From Gemmatimonadaceae bacterium (GTDB lineage: Bacteria; Gemmatimonadota; Gemmatimonadetes; Gemmatimonadales; Gemmatimonadaceae), in NCBI GenBank assembly GCA_033763905.1, contig JANRJP010000036.1, positions 1 through 43,424 on the forward strand: DNA of 43,424 bases, read 5' to 3'. Below are positions 1 to 9,547 of this stretch, piece by piece. Made by a program: the position numbers and the translations under genes. The notes beneath the pieces were generated by a model. That model did not search any database. It was not told the origin of the DNA and saw nothing but the letters and a program-made list of their open reading frames with translations. Each line of letters starts with the position of its first letter. Within the stretch, counting starts at the first letter, position 1.

Positions 1-414
1 GCCGGGTTGCGGACGACGTCGACGACGAGCGGTGACTACTCGCAGTTGGCGGTCGCTGGTGTCGCACTGGACCGCGAAGGGCTCGTGCAGGTGAACGACA
101 CCCTTCTGCGCGAGGCGCTCACCGACGGTACGAACGGCGCAACGCTGATGGATACCGTCGGGACCGCGCTCAAGTCGACAGCCGATCTGCTGACCCGCAT
201 CGGCGACGGTCCGGTCTCGGTGCAGCTCTCGAGCATCGATGGTCGTGTGACTCGGCTGACGCAGCGTCAGACGGTCGCGCAGGACCGCGTCGAGGAACTG
301 CGCAAGCGCTATATCCAGCAGTTCACCGATATGGAGCGCGTCGTCAGTCAGTTGCAGCGGCAGAGCACGTCCCTGACGTCGTCGCTCTCGGCCCTCCGCG
401 GGAGCAATCGGTGA
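1..414 (+). CDS. fliD: Flagellar filament capping protein, C-terminal part (5' end outside window)
   Basis: Frame open from base 1. C-terminal coiled coil 'QLSSIDGRVTRLTQRQ...VEELRKRYIQQFTDMERVVSQLQRQSTSL' is typical of FliD_C. Upstream of fliS. Confidence 0.9.
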   Translation, partial: AGLRTTSTTSGDYSQLAVAGVALDREGLVQVNDTLLREALTDGTNGATLMDTVGTALKSTADLLTRIGDGPVSVQLSSIDGRVTRLTQRQTVAQDRVEELRKRYIQQFTDMERVVSQLQRQSTSLTSSLSALRGSNR

Positions 415-809
415 CGCACAAACTGCTCGACGGGCTCGCGGACGGCGTCGAACGGGTGCTGGCGCGGCTGGTCGTGGATGCCACGACCGACGGCGCCAGC
501 GCGCACCCGACGCTGGAAGGTGCGGTCGAAGCGATCGAAGGGACCGTGGCCGCCCTGCGGGTGCCGCTCGAGACGTACGAGCGCAGCTACAACGCGGCAC
601 CGCCGGCGGATCGCGCGCGGCACGCGGCGCGGCGCGAGGCGCTGGCGGCTGCGGCGACGCGCGCGCTCGACGTGCACGCGCAGCTGCTGCTGCACGCCGA
701 GCACAAGCGTGATGCCGTGCGTGAACGGCTCGCGGATTTGGGCCGCTCGTCGTCCGGCGCGATGGCGTACGCGTACGCGACGCAGATCGTGCGCTCAAGT
801 CCTCGCTGA
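411..809 (+). CDS. Small helical hypothetical protein, possible FliT/FlgN-like flagellar chaperone
   Basis: GTGA overlap with the fliD stop; 132 aa, Ala/Arg-rich and helical, with 'AMAYAY' near the C-terminus; lies between fliD and fliS. Confidence 0.55.
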   Translation: MTHKLLDGLADGVERVLARLVVDATTDGASAHPTLEGAVEAIEGTVAALRVPLETYERSYNAAPPADRARHAARREALAAAATRALDVHAQLLLHAEHKRDAVRERLADLGRSSSGAMAYAYATQIVRSSPR

Positions 810-821
810 CGCGCCCGATGC
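795..821 (+). promoter_or_regulatory. Putative sigma28 (FliA) promoter for fliS
   Basis: TCAA(795-798)-N15-CCCGATGC(814-821); same geometry as three other sites in this locus. Confidence 0.6.
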
Positions 822-882
822 TCCGGTGAGACGTCTGATGGCGGCGTCCGACGTGACGACGCCCAACTGATCTGGAGGACCC

Positions 883-1281
883 GTGGCCTACGCAGCATCC
901 GCATCCAAGTATCTCGAAGCCGAAGTGCTCGGCCGTTCCAAGGAATGGCTGGTCCCGCTGCTCTACGAGCACGCCATCGCCAGCCTGCGCCGTCTCGCGA
1001 TCCGCTTCGACAGCCAGGACATCGCCGCGATCGCCAAGGAGCAGGACAAGGTCGCTCGCATCATTGGTGAGCTGCTGATGACGCTGGATCACGAGAAGGG
1101 CGGGCGTATCGCCTCCGATCTCGCATCGATCTACAGCTTCGTGCTCACCGAGCTCCACGGGCTCGTCCGGAAGCGCAACAAGGGGCAGGTCGAGCGGATG
1201 GCGCGAATGCTCGAATCGCTGCACGACGCCTGGGTTCAGGCGGCAGAAGAGGTTGCCCCGCGCCGCGCCCGGGCCAGCTGA
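883..1281 (+). CDS. fliS: Flagellar export chaperone FliS
   Basis: GGAGG RBS before GTG; 'Y...EVL...LVPLLYEHAI', 'IIGELLMTLDHEKGGRIASDLASIYSF', 'LHDAW' match FliS. Confidence 0.92.
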   Translation: MAYAASASKYLEAEVLGRSKEWLVPLLYEHAIASLRRLAIRFDSQDIAAIAKEQDKVARIIGELLMTLDHEKGGRIASDLASIYSFVLTELHGLVRKRNKGQVERMARMLESLHDAWVQAAEEVAPRRARAS

Positions 1282-1288
1282 CCGGCGC

Positions 1289-1315
1289 TCAAGTTTCGCG
1301 ATCCGCGGTCGATAC
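1289..1315 (+). promoter_or_regulatory. Putative sigma28 promoter
   Basis: TCAA(1289-1292)-N15-GTCGATAC(1308-1315). Confidence 0.65.
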
Positions 1316-1404
1316 CCCTCAAGGTGGACCGCCTCCCTGTACCCCGCCGCGACGCCCGCGACCCGAATTCCGGGTCGGGGGCGTCGTCGCGTGCGGAGGT
1401 CCGG

Positions 1405-1803
1405 ATGCAGCTGTTCGAGCGCTGTGCCGCCTTGCTCCTGGCCGAGCTGGACGCCCGCGAGGCTGGCGACCGGCTCGGCGCCGAAGCGCTGCGGGCCCAG
1501 CGCGATGCCCTCCGCGACGCCTGGGAGCAGATGGGGGCGACGCCCCCGACAGGCGTGAACCGGGTCGCGGACTCGGAACCGCCAGCCTTCGGCGACGCCC
1601 TGCGCGACGCCACCGTGGAACTCGAGCATCGCGAGGCGGTTGACTTCGCCCTCCGCGAACGAATTCTGGCCCTCGGGGCCGCGGTGGCTCGGCAGATGCC
1701 GGAACGAGCGCGGGCGGCGCCGGCAGCAGGCCGACGGATTGGAACGGGCGGGACCGCAGATCGCGGTCCCGCTGCGACATCCTCGCTGGACATCACATTC
1801 TGA
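1405..1803 (+). CDS. Hypothetical helical protein, possible FlgN/FliT-like flagellar protein
   Basis: ATG 1405 has GGAGG at 1395-1399, so preferred over the track's GTG 1324. Helical Ala/Arg/Glu-rich protein ending 'SSLDITF'; follows a sigma28-like site. Confidence 0.55.
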   Translation: MQLFERCAALLLAELDAREAGDRLGAEALRAQRDALRDAWEQMGATPPTGVNRVADSEPPAFGDALRDATVELEHREAVDFALRERILALGAAVARQMPERARAAPAAGRRIGTGGTADRGPAATSSLDITF

Positions 1804-1824
1804 GTATTCCACACCCGAGTACAC

Positions 1825-1851
1825 TCAAGTTCCCGGGCGTGCTGCCGATAT
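1825..1851 (+). promoter_or_regulatory. Putative sigma28 promoter for flgM-cheY-cheZ
   Basis: TCAA(1825-1828)-N15-GCCGATAT(1844-1851), near-consensus FliA promoter, followed by GGAGG at 1861. Confidence 0.8.
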
Positions 1852-1873
1852 ACGACTTACGGAGGTACCACCA

Positions 1874-2176
1874 ATGAAGATCAACGGACCGAACACCCCG
1901 ATCACCCCTGCCAGCCTGACGCGCGATGTGCGCGACGCTGGGCAGACCCCGGCACGCCAGAAGCCGGCGGACGTGGACACCCAGCGGACCACGCCGCGCG
2001 ACTCGGTGTCGATCTCGGCTGAAGCCCGCAAGCTGGCGGAAGCCCAGGGCAGCGAGTCGACGCTCTCGGCGGAGCGTGCCGCCGAGATCAAGAAGAAGAT
2101 TCTCGAAGGCGCCTACAACTCGGCCGATATGGCGGGCAAGGTCGCTGAGCGCATCCTGAAGTCCGGCGACGTCTGA
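1874..2176 (+). CDS. flgM: Anti-sigma28 factor FlgM
   Basis: 'MKING...DSVSISAEARKL...ERAAEIKKKILEGAY...VAERIL' are FlgM hallmarks; GGAGG RBS; 100 aa. Confidence 0.9.
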   Translation: MKINGPNTPITPASLTRDVRDAGQTPARQKPADVDTQRTTPRDSVSISAEARKLAEAQGSESTLSAERAAEIKKKILEGAYNSADMAGKVAERILKSGDV

Positions 2177-2217
2177 TCGCCGGCTTCGCAACCGTCCATT
2201 CTTTCACGGGCACACCG

Positions 2218-2589
2218 ATGAAGTTCCTCGTCGTCGACGATTCAGCCACGATGCGCCGGATCGTGCTGAACTCGCTCCAGCGCATCGGCTACAACGACTT
2301 CGTCGAGGCGGAGGACGGTGCGGATGCGCTGGCCAAGTTCGACGGATCGATCGGGATGGTCATCACCGATTGGAACATGCCGAACATGTCCGGGACCGAT
2401 CTCGCGCGGGCGCTGCGCGGGCGTGCGGACGCGGCGCACGTGCCGATTCTGATGGTCACGGCGCGCTCGGTGCGCGAGGACATCATCCTCGCCCTCGAGA
2501 GCGGGGTCAACAACTACATCGTCAAGCCGTTCACTCCTCCGGTGCTCAAGGAGAAGATCGACGCGTTGCTGACGGCCAAGGCGGCGTGA
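2218..2589 (+). CDS. cheY: Chemotaxis response regulator CheY
   Basis: Single REC domain: 'VVDDSATMRRI', 'ITDWNMPNMSG', 'PILMVT', 'YIVKPFTP..LKEKI'. Confidence 0.93.
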   Translation: MKFLVVDDSATMRRIVLNSLQRIGYNDFVEAEDGADALAKFDGSIGMVITDWNMPNMSGTDLARALRGRADAAHVPILMVTARSVREDIILALESGVNNYIVKPFTPPVLKEKIDALLTAKAA

Positions 2590-2592
2590 CCG

Positions 2593-3291
2593 ATGACGAA
2601 CCGTGTGGATGACGTCTTGCACGACTCGGAGGCGGCGCTGCGTCTAGTCGACGCGGAGATCGCCCGAGTCAAGCAGCAGGACGGGTTGAGCCCCGAGGCT
2701 GCGCCGGTGGCGACGCTCGTGAATGAACTCAGTGCTTTCGACAAGAGGCCGGCCATTGTGCTGCTCCCCACGATCCTGAACAAGGCGACGGAAGAGATCC
2801 GCGCGCTGCTGACCTCGCTCAAGGACAGCCGGAACGCGATCGAAGCCGCGACGATCGGTCGACTCGAGACCACGCACAGCAAGCTCAAGGAAGTCACGTC
2901 CGCCACGGAAGTCGCGGCCACCGACATCCTCGACGGCCTCGATCGCGCCCAGGCGCTGGTCGACAAGCTCGACGCGTGCGAAGACGACAAGGAAGCGGGG
3001 CGCGCGATCCGCAACGAGCTGCGCGATGAGCTGTTCACCGCCACGACGCACCTCCAGTTCCAGGACATCACGACGCAGCAGTTGAACCACGCAGCGCGTG
3101 TGCTCGTCGAAATGGAGCAGCGGCTGGCGGAGGTCGCCCGCGTGATCGATCCGACGGGCAGCGACCCGGCGAATCTCGTCGCGGAGATCCCAGACGAGAA
3201 GACGTTCGATCCGAACGCCACCACGAAGAACGCCGATGTCCGCCAGGCACTGGCGGATTCGGTCTTCAAGCGGACGGGCACGCAGGGCTGA
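2593..3291 (+). CDS. cheZ: CheZ-like CheY-P phosphatase
   Basis: Helical protein directly after cheY, with 'L.EVTSATEVAATDILD.LD' and the CheZ catalytic motif 'LQFQDITTQQL' (DxxxQ); short amphipathic C-tail 'QALADSVF'. Confidence 0.78.
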   Translation: MTNRVDDVLHDSEAALRLVDAEIARVKQQDGLSPEAAPVATLVNELSAFDKRPAIVLLPTILNKATEEIRALLTSLKDSRNAIEAATIGRLETTHSKLKEVTSATEVAATDILDGLDRAQALVDKLDACEDDKEAGRAIRNELRDELFTATTHLQFQDITTQQLNHAARVLVEMEQRLAEVARVIDPTGSDPANLVAEIPDEKTFDPNATTKNADVRQALADSVFKRTGTQG

Positions 3292-3314
3292 CCTGCCGCC
3301 ACGCACCGCGATCG

Positions 3315-3356
3315 CGAGCGCCGGCGTCCTTCGGGACGCCGGCGCTCGTGCATTTC
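3315..3356 (+). terminator. Probable intrinsic terminator after cheZ
   Basis: Perfect 15-bp stem CGAGCGCCGGCGTCC/GGACGCCGGCGCTCG with a cTTCGg tetraloop, followed by TGCATTTC (weak U-tract). Confidence 0.7.
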
Positions 3357-3381
3357 CCCCGCGCGATGGCGTTCGCCGCGA

Positions 3382-3408
3382 TCAAGTACCCGGCGGATGC
3401 TCCGATAC
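3382..3408 (+). promoter_or_regulatory. Putative sigma28 promoter for the cheA operon
   Basis: TCAA(3382-3385)-N15-TCCGATAC(3401-3408), just downstream of the terminator and upstream of GGAG and ATG 3431. Confidence 0.7.
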
Positions 3409-3430
3409 TCGGGGAGACCGAACCCCGACG

Positions 3431-5674
3431 ATGATGTCTTCTTTGCTTCCTCCCGTGCCCTCGCTCGACGAGCTGGCCGCCTATCTCGTTCCTCTCGAAG
3501 CCGACGATGCGGATGGCGTCGAGCGGCTGCGCTTGGCACTGCACGCGATGACGAGCTCGGTCGACCTGCCCGTCCGCGCCCGCGTCCTGCTGGACGAAGC
3601 GGCGCAGGCGGTCGATGCCGCGGCGACCACGGGCGCGGTGCAGGCCGCCCTCGATACGGTCGCGCGACTCGTGGAGGACGCGATGCAGGGGCTGAACCTC
3701 GAGGGCGCTCCCGTGGCGCCACCGACGTCGGCTCCCGCCAGTGAAGCCATCGCCGCGCCGCCGGCGCCGCCGGCGCCCCCGGCGCCGCCGGCGCCGCCGG
3801 CGATGCCGGCGAGTCTGGCGACTGGCGTGGCGATTCCCACCGATGAACCGTTCCCGGACGATGCGGATCGCGATCTCCTCGGTGACTTCATCACCGAGAG
3901 CCGCGAGTCGCTCGCGGCGGCCGAAGCCGCGCTCCTGGCGCTGGAGGGCAATCCGGACGACAGCGAGTCGATCAACACGGTCTTCCGTGCCTTCCACACG
4001 ATCAAGGGCACGTCGGCGTTCCTCGGCCTCGTTCGCGCGTCGGAGTTCGCGCACCACGCCGAGTCGTTGCTCAGTCGCGTTCGAGACCGCGAGATCCAGT
4101 TCACGCCGCGCGTCGCCGATCTCTCGCTCAGGTCGTCGGACTTGCTCAAGGAGATCCTCGACGGCTGCGAGACGGGCATCAAGACCGGTCGTCTGCCGAT
4201 TCCGTCCGCCTACGCGTCGCTGATGCACGCGGTGATGGCGATGGTCGAGCTGAGCGCGGACGAAGTCAACGCGATGGTCGACGCCGCGCCGACCGGGGCG
4301 TCGTCCGTCGCGGACTCGCCGGCGTCGGCGGTCGATGCTCAGCGGATCGCCCTCGTCTCGCACCCGACCCCGGCGGCCGCTCCCGCCCCGGTGGTGGCGG
4401 CGCCGTCTGCGGCGCCGTCTGCGGTGCCGGCGGCCAGCAGCCCCAAGCTCGTCGTCGAGGCGACGAAGAGCGCGTCGGCACCGACCGCGGAAGCCACGGT
4501 GCGGGTGCGCACCGAGAAGCTCGATATGCTGATCGATATGGTGGGCGAGCTCGTGATTGCCCAGAGCCTCATTGCCGGCGACTCGGCGATGTCCACCAAC
4601 ACGCAGCACGACCTCGTCCGCAAGGTCGCCCACGCCGGCAAGATCGTGCGCGAGTTGCAGGATCTCTCGATGTCGATGCGGATGGTGCCGCTCCGCGCCA
4701 CCTTCCAGAAGATGACGCGCCTGGTGCGCGACGTCTCGCTCAAGGCAGGCAAGTCGGTCGAATTCGTGATGAGCGGTGAAGACACCGAAATCGACCGCAA
4801 CATGGTCGACGTTATCGGTGACCCGCTGGTGCATATGCTTCGGAACGCGATCGACCACGGCATCGAGATGCCGGCCGATCGCGACCGGATGGGCAAGCCG
4901 CGGCAGGGGGTGGTGTCGCTGACGGCGACGCACGCCGGCGGCAATGTCGTCGTGACCCTGAAGGACGATGGGCGCGGCCTCGATCGCGGGCGCATCGTCG
5001 CCAAGGCGATCGAGAAGGGCCTGATCGCGAGCGATACGGGGATGACCGATCAGGAAGTGTACCAACTGATCTTCGCGCCGGGCTTCTCGACCGCCGACAA
5101 GGTCACCGACCTGTCGGGACGCGGCGTCGGGATGGACGTCGTCAAGCGACACATCGAGTCCTTGCGTGGTCGCGTCGAGATCGACGCCACGCCTGGCCAG
5201 GGCACGACCTTCACGCTCAAGCTGCCGCTCACGCTGGCCATCACCGACGGCATGCTCGTCCGCGTCGGCACCGAACGGTACATCGTGCCAACGCACCACA
5301 TCCATATGTCCTTCCGTCCCGAGCCGGGTCAGATCTCGACCGTCACCGGCAAGGGCGAAGTGGTCCTGTTGCGCGGCGAGCTGATGCCCGTCGTGCGCCT
5401 GCACCGTCTCTACGACGTGCCGGATGCCACGCAGGATCCGACGGCCGGTCTGCTGATGATCATCGGCGACGACGAGCGCCGTCAGGCCCTGATGGTCGAC
5501 GAACTCCTCGGCCAGCAGCAAGTCGTGGTGAAGTCGCTCGGGCAGAGCGTCGGCAAGGTCCAGGGCGTCTCTGGTGGCGCCATTCTGGGCGACGGCCGCG
5601 TCGGCCTGATTCTCGACGTAAAGGAGATCCTCGGTCTGTTCCGCGGAGAGGAGCCGGCGCGCGCCGCTGCGTGA
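3431..5674 (+). CDS. cheA: Chemotaxis histidine kinase CheA
   Basis: Hpt '[11 protein letters not shown]', dimerisation '[20 protein letters not shown]', HATPase '[12 protein letters not shown]','DDGRGLD','[21 protein letters not shown]', C-terminal CheW domain. Start set at ATG 3431, after the terminator and promoter. Confidence 0.96.
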   Translation: MMSSLLPPVPSLDELAAYLVPLEADDADGVERLRLALHAMTSSVDLPVRARVLLDEAAQAVDAAATTGAVQAALDTVARLVEDAMQGLNLEGAPVAPPTSAPASEAIAAPPAPPAPPAPPAPPAMPASLATGVAIPTDEPFPDDADRDLLGDFITESRESLAAAEAALLALEGNPDDSESINTVFRAFHTIKGTSAFLGLVRASEFAHHAESLLSRVRDREIQFTPRVADLSLRSSDLLKEILDGCETGIKTGRLPIPSAYASLMHAVMAMVELSADEVNAMVDAAPTGASSVADSPASAVDAQRIALVSHPTPAAAPAPVVAAPSAAPSAVPAASSPKLVVEATKSASAPTAEATVRVRTEKLDMLIDMVGELVIAQSLIAGDSAMSTNTQHDLVRKVAHAGKIVRELQDLSMSMRMVPLRATFQKMTRLVRDVSLKAGKSVEFVMSGEDTEIDRNMVDVIGDPLVHMLRNAIDHGIEMPADRDRMGKPRQGVVSLTATHAGGNVVVTLKDDGRGLDRGRIVAKAIEKGLIASDTGMTDQEVYQLIFAPGFSTADKVTDLSGRGVGMDVVKRHIESLRGRVEIDATPGQGTTFTLKLPLTLAITDGMLVRVGTERYIVPTHHIHMSFRPEPGQISTVTGKGEVVLLRGELMPVVRLHRLYDVPDATQDPTAGLLMIIGDDERRQALMVDELLGQQQVVVKSLGQSVGKVQGVSGGAILGDGRVGLILDVKEILGLFRGEEPARAAA
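3755..3808 (+). repeat. In-frame 9-nt tandem repeat (GCGCCGCCG x5-6) encoding an (APP)n linker in CheA
   Basis: gcgccgccg gcgccgccg gcgcccccg gcgccgccg gcgccgccg gcgatgccg. Confidence 0.85.
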
Positions 5675-7638
5675 CCGGGTCCCCCGCAAATCCTGTGCAC
5701 TCACCTTCGATGCCTACCACTCGTCCGCGCCGCTCCATTTCGTCACAGCTCCGGAAGACCATCGGCATTGCCGTCGCGATCTGTGCGATCGCAGGCGTCC
5801 TCGGGATCGCGGCCAGTACGACCATTGCACGCAACAGCGAAAAGCTCGCGCAGAACTTCGTCGTGGCGTTGTCGACCATCGCCGATCTCACCGGGGAGCT
5901 CGGCCGCGCCGATCTGGACGACCGCGTGCTCGCCGCCGGCACCGATCTCTTCGGCGCTGAACTCCGGAAGGCGAACAGCGACGCCCGTCTCGCACGAATT
6001 GATACGCTCCACCAGACCTTCAACGGCCTGATCCTCAGCGACTCGCTGAAGACGATGTGGGCCGCGTACACGACGAAGTACGCCGCGTGGCGGGCTGCCG
6101 TGGCCAAGGGTGACGTGCAGGGCGCGGAGGATGCGTTCCGCCGGATGTCGTCGGCGCTGGCCGCCGCGCGACAGCTCAAGGGGGCACACGCGGCGGCCGA
6201 AGCCGAGAAGGCGAACCGGACCGCGGCCCAACTGACGGTCGCGACCGCATTGACCCTCGTGCTGGCGATGTTGCTGGCGATGTATCTGGCCACGCGCACG
6301 GCGCGCCGCTTCACCGCCCGCGTGACGCTGATCAACGAACGCGCGCAGGCCTTGGCCGGCAATTGCATCACCGGACTCAATACGGCGGTCGACGGGCTCG
6401 CGCGCGGTGATCTGAGCGGCAAGGTCGTCCCCACGACGCAGCTGCTGGCGCTCACCGATGCGGATGAAATCGGCGATTTGAGCCGGGCCATCGACGGCAT
6501 CATCAGCAAGACGCAGGAAACCATCCAGCGCTACGATCAGGCGTCTGACGCGCTGCGCTTCGTGATCACCGAGACGACCCGCGTCGTCGATGCATCGCGA
6601 CAGGGCGAGCTGCTGGTGCGGGCCGATGCGGCGTCGCTCCAGGGGTCCTTCCGGACGATGGTGGCCGGGCTCAACGAGTCCCTGGACAACATCACGATGC
6701 CGCTGGCGATGGTCGTCGAGGTGCTCGAGAAGCTCGCGGCGCGCGATCTGTCGGCCCGCGTCGACGGCGAGTTCCGCGGCGAATTGGCACGACTGAAGGA
6801 CGCCACCAATCGTGCGACGGTCCAGCTGGCCAACGCGCTGCAGGAAGTCGCGGCCGCCGCACAGGAAGTCGCCGGGGCATCGGACAGCATCGCGAGCGGG
6901 GCCGAGCAGCTCGAGCGCGGGACCACCGCGCAGGCCAGCTCACTCGAAGAGGTGTCGGCGTCGCTGCAGGAACTCGGATCGATGTCGTCACAGAACGCCG
7001 GCTCCGCCAAGGAGGCTCGCGCAATGACCGACGAAGCGCGCGAGACCGTGGCGAGCGGCAAGGCCGCGATGGAGCGACTCGCCGAGTCGATGCGCGGCAT
7101 CAAGCAGGCGGCGGACGAAACCGCGAAGGTCGTGCGGGCGATCGATGAAATCGCCTTCCAGACCAACCTGCTCGCGCTCAACGCCGCCGTGGAAGCGGCG
7201 CGGGCCGGCGATGCCGGTCGCGGCTTCGCGGTGGTGGCGGAAGAAGTCCGCTCGCTCGCCCGCCGCTCGGCGGAGGCGGCCAAGACGAGCGCCGAACTGA
7301 TCGAAGGGTCGGTCACCCGCGCCGACGAAGGGGTGCGCCTCTCGAGCGATGTGGCCCGCCAGTTCGTCTCGGTCGACGCCACCGTGAACTCGGTGGGCGC
7401 CGTCATGGCGGAGATCACCGCGGCCTCGGAGCAGCAGCGCGAAGGCGTGCAGCAGATCGCACAGACCGTGCAGGGGCTCGCCCAGCTCACGCAGGAGGCC
7501 GCCGCGAGTGCGCAGGCCTCGGCGAGCGCCAGCACCGAACTCGCCGCCCAGGCGGACCAGCTGCAGGACCTCGTCTCCGGATTCTCGTTCCGCAGCGCAC
7601 CGGCGAGTCCTCGCGCGGTGTTAGCCGCCGCGGATTGA
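5671..7638 (+). CDS. Methyl-accepting chemotaxis protein
   Basis: Two TM helices around a ~140-aa helical periplasmic region, HAMP segments, and hairpin tip '[37 protein letters not shown]'. Start may be ATG 5710. Confidence 0.95.
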   Translation: MTGSPANPVHSPSMPTTRPRRSISSQLRKTIGIAVAICAIAGVLGIAASTTIARNSEKLAQNFVVALSTIADLTGELGRADLDDRVLAAGTDLFGAELRKANSDARLARIDTLHQTFNGLILSDSLKTMWAAYTTKYAAWRAAVAKGDVQGAEDAFRRMSSALAAARQLKGAHAAAEAEKANRTAAQLTVATALTLVLAMLLAMYLATRTARRFTARVTLINERAQALAGNCITGLNTAVDGLARGDLSGKVVPTTQLLALTDADEIGDLSRAIDGIISKTQETIQRYDQASDALRFVITETTRVVDASRQGELLVRADAASLQGSFRTMVAGLNESLDNITMPLAMVVEVLEKLAARDLSARVDGEFRGELARLKDATNRATVQLANALQEVAAAAQEVAGASDSIASGAEQLERGTTAQASSLEEVSASLQELGSMSSQNAGSAKEARAMTDEARETVASGKAAMERLAESMRGIKQAADETAKVVRAIDEIAFQTNLLALNAAVEAARAGDAGRGFAVVAEEVRSLARRSAEAAKTSAELIEGSVTRADEGVRLSSDVARQFVSVDATVNSVGAVMAEITAASEQQREGVQQIAQTVQGLAQLTQEAAASAQASASASTELAAQADQLQDLVSGFSFRSAPASPRAVLAAAD

Positions 7639-7678
7639 GCCGATACTCCCGTCACCACCCTCTACGCCAGAGTCACCG

Positions 7679-8179
7679 ATGTCTGACGCAACCGCCACTG
7701 CACCGGCCGCCGCACGCACCGGCGGCAAGTTCCTCACCTTCTTCCTCGGGGGCGAGGAGTACGGGGTCCAGATTCTCCGCGTCCAGGAGATCATCGGCCT
7801 ATTGCCGATCACGCGTGTGCCGCGCCTGCCGGGGTTCATCCGCGGCGTCGTCAATCTGCGCGGCAAGGTGATTCCGATCGTGGATCTGCGCGCGAAGTTC
7901 GGCCTCGCCGAAACCGAGACGGCGGAGACTTGCATCATCGTCGTGGCCATCCGCGGCGTGCACATCGGCGTCGTCGTCGACCGCGTCAGCGAAGTCGCCG
8001 ACATCGCCGGCGCGGAGATCGAAGACGCCCCGGACTTCGGCGCGTCGGTCGAGACCGAGTTCCTGCTCGGCATCGGGAAGGCGCACGGCAAGGTCCGCCT
8101 CCTGCTCGACATCGAGCGCGTGCTGTCGTCCGAGGAGTTCGCGCAGGTGCGCGAAGCCGCGCCCGGCGTCGGCGCCTGA
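7679..8179 (+). CDS. cheW: Chemotaxis coupling protein CheW
   Basis: 'KFLTFFLGGEEYGV.ILRVQEII...ITRVP..P.FIRGVVNLRGKVIPIVDLR'. Confidence 0.95.
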   Translation: MSDATATAPAAARTGGKFLTFFLGGEEYGVQILRVQEIIGLLPITRVPRLPGFIRGVVNLRGKVIPIVDLRAKFGLAETETAETCIIVVAIRGVHIGVVVDRVSEVADIAGAEIEDAPDFGASVETEFLLGIGKAHGKVRLLLDIERVLSSEEFAQVREAAPGVGA

Positions 8180-8196
8180 GTCACGACACCCGTTCT

Positions 8197-9021
8197 GTGA
8201 CCGTCGTGTCGCATCCTGCGTATTCGCTCGCCGGTCCCGAACTGGGCGCGGACGAGTTCCGAGCCATCAGTGCGCTGGTCACACAGCGCGCCGGCATCCA
8301 GCTCCCGCCGGGCAAGGAAGGGTTGGTCCGATCGCGGTTGGCCAAGCGCCTGCGGGCGCTTGGGCTTCCCGACTTCAAGAGCTACATCGCGCGGGTCACC
8401 ACCGACGACGACACGGTCGAGTTGCAGCAGCTGCTCGACGCCATCAGTACGAACAAGACGAGCTGGTGGCGCGAGTCGGCGCACTTCGATCTGCTCGCCG
8501 AAGAGGTCGCGTCGCTCAAGCCGACCGCTGCGCCGTACACGGTGTGGAGTGCCGGATGCTCGACCGGTGAAGAGCCGTACACGCTCGGCATCGTGCTGTC
8601 GGAGGTCCTCGGGTCGTCCGACAAGGCCCGGATGCTGGCCACCGATCTCTCCACCCGAGTGCTCGACAAGGCGAAGGCCGGTCAGTACACGCAGGAGGAG
8701 CTCGAGGGCGTATCGCCCGCCCGTCGCGCCAAGTGGTTCACCGCGTCGGGCACGACCTTCACGGTCACGCCGTCGCTGCGCCGGATGGTCTCGTTTGCCC
8801 ATCTCAACCTGATGGGGCCGTGGCCGATGAAGGGGCCCTTCGACGCGATCTTCTGCCGGAACGTGATGATCTACTTCGACAAGCCGACCCAGGGTCGCCT
8901 CGTCGAGCGATATCGCCAGTTGCTCCGACCCGGCGGCCTGCTCTTCATCGGGCACTCCGAGTCGCTGACCGGGCTGTCGCATCAGTACCAGTACGTGGCG
9001 CCAGCCGTGTACCGGAAATGA
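8197..9021 (+). CDS. cheR: Chemotaxis protein methyltransferase CheR
   Basis: 'RLAKRLR', 'STNKTSWWRE..HF', 'WSAGCSTGEEPYTL', 'ATDLS', 'FDAIFCRNVMIYFD', 'LFIGHSESL'. Start at GTG 8197 or 8206. Confidence 0.95.
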   Translation: MTVVSHPAYSLAGPELGADEFRAISALVTQRAGIQLPPGKEGLVRSRLAKRLRALGLPDFKSYIARVTTDDDTVELQQLLDAISTNKTSWWRESAHFDLLAEEVASLKPTAAPYTVWSAGCSTGEEPYTLGIVLSEVLGSSDKARMLATDLSTRVLDKAKAGQYTQEELEGVSPARRAKWFTASGTTFTVTPSLRRMVSFAHLNLMGPWPMKGPFDAIFCRNVMIYFDKPTQGRLVERYRQLLRPGGLLFIGHSESLTGLSHQYQYVAPAVYRK

Positions 9022-9530
9022 CCGCACTCGCCGTGGCGCGGCCCACCAAGGTGATCGGTGTGGCCGATATGAAGGTCTCCCGGACGGTCGGGGACGTGCT
9101 GATCACCTACGCCCTCGGCTCGTGCTTGGGGATTCTGGTGCACGATCCAGTGGCACAGGTCGGTGGCCTATTGCACGTGATGCTGCCGGACAGTTCCATC
9201 GATCCGCTGAAGGCGCAGGCGAATCCGGCGATGTTCGTCGACACCGGCGTGCCGAAGCTCTTCAAGGCCTGCTACGAACTCGGCGCCAAGAAGGAACGGA
9301 TGGTCGTGAAAGTGGCGGGTGGTGCCCATCAGGGGACCGACGAGTCGGCCGACCGCTTCCAGATCGGCAAGCGGAACGCGGTGCAGTTGCGGCAGCTGTT
9401 GTGGAAGAACGGCGTGATGATCAAGGCGCAGGACGTGGGCGGCATCCAGCTGTCCCGCACGGTCTCTCTCGAGATTGGCTCGGGAGATGTCGTCATCAAG
9501 CTCAACGGCGGCGAAAGCCGCCCGCTCTGA
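9018..9530 (+). CDS. cheD: Chemoreceptor glutamine deamidase CheD
   Basis: 'ITYALGSCLGI', 'GGLLHVMLP', 'KVAGGA', 'IGKRN', 'DVGG...RTV'; ATGA overlap with cheR. Confidence 0.93.
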   Translation: MTALAVARPTKVIGVADMKVSRTVGDVLITYALGSCLGILVHDPVAQVGGLLHVMLPDSSIDPLKAQANPAMFVDTGVPKLFKACYELGAKKERMVVKVAGGAHQGTDESADRFQIGKRNAVQLRQLLWKNGVMIKAQDVGGIQLSRTVSLEIGSGDVVIKLNGGESRPL

Positions 9531-9547
9531 CGACCGAGGGACATACG

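Noticed and set aside
3236..3430. Upstream extension of cheA in the ORF track
   Set aside because: Spans the cheZ end, a terminator hairpin and a sigma28-like promoter.
3755..3808. Tandem repeat as CRISPR or phase-variation tract
   Set aside because: 9-nt in-frame units without spacers; encodes a Pro/Ala linker, and copy-number change would not shift frame.
3266..5704. 812-aa antisense ORF opposite cheA
   Set aside because: Shadow ORF expected from high-GC codon bias; no recognisable motifs, and the plus strand is clearly cheA.
7621..7646. Possible fifth sigma28 promoter before cheW (GCCGATAC at 7639-7646)
   Set aside because: Good -10, but the -35 is TTAG at 14-nt spacing rather than TCAA-N15; too weak to call, though not excluded.
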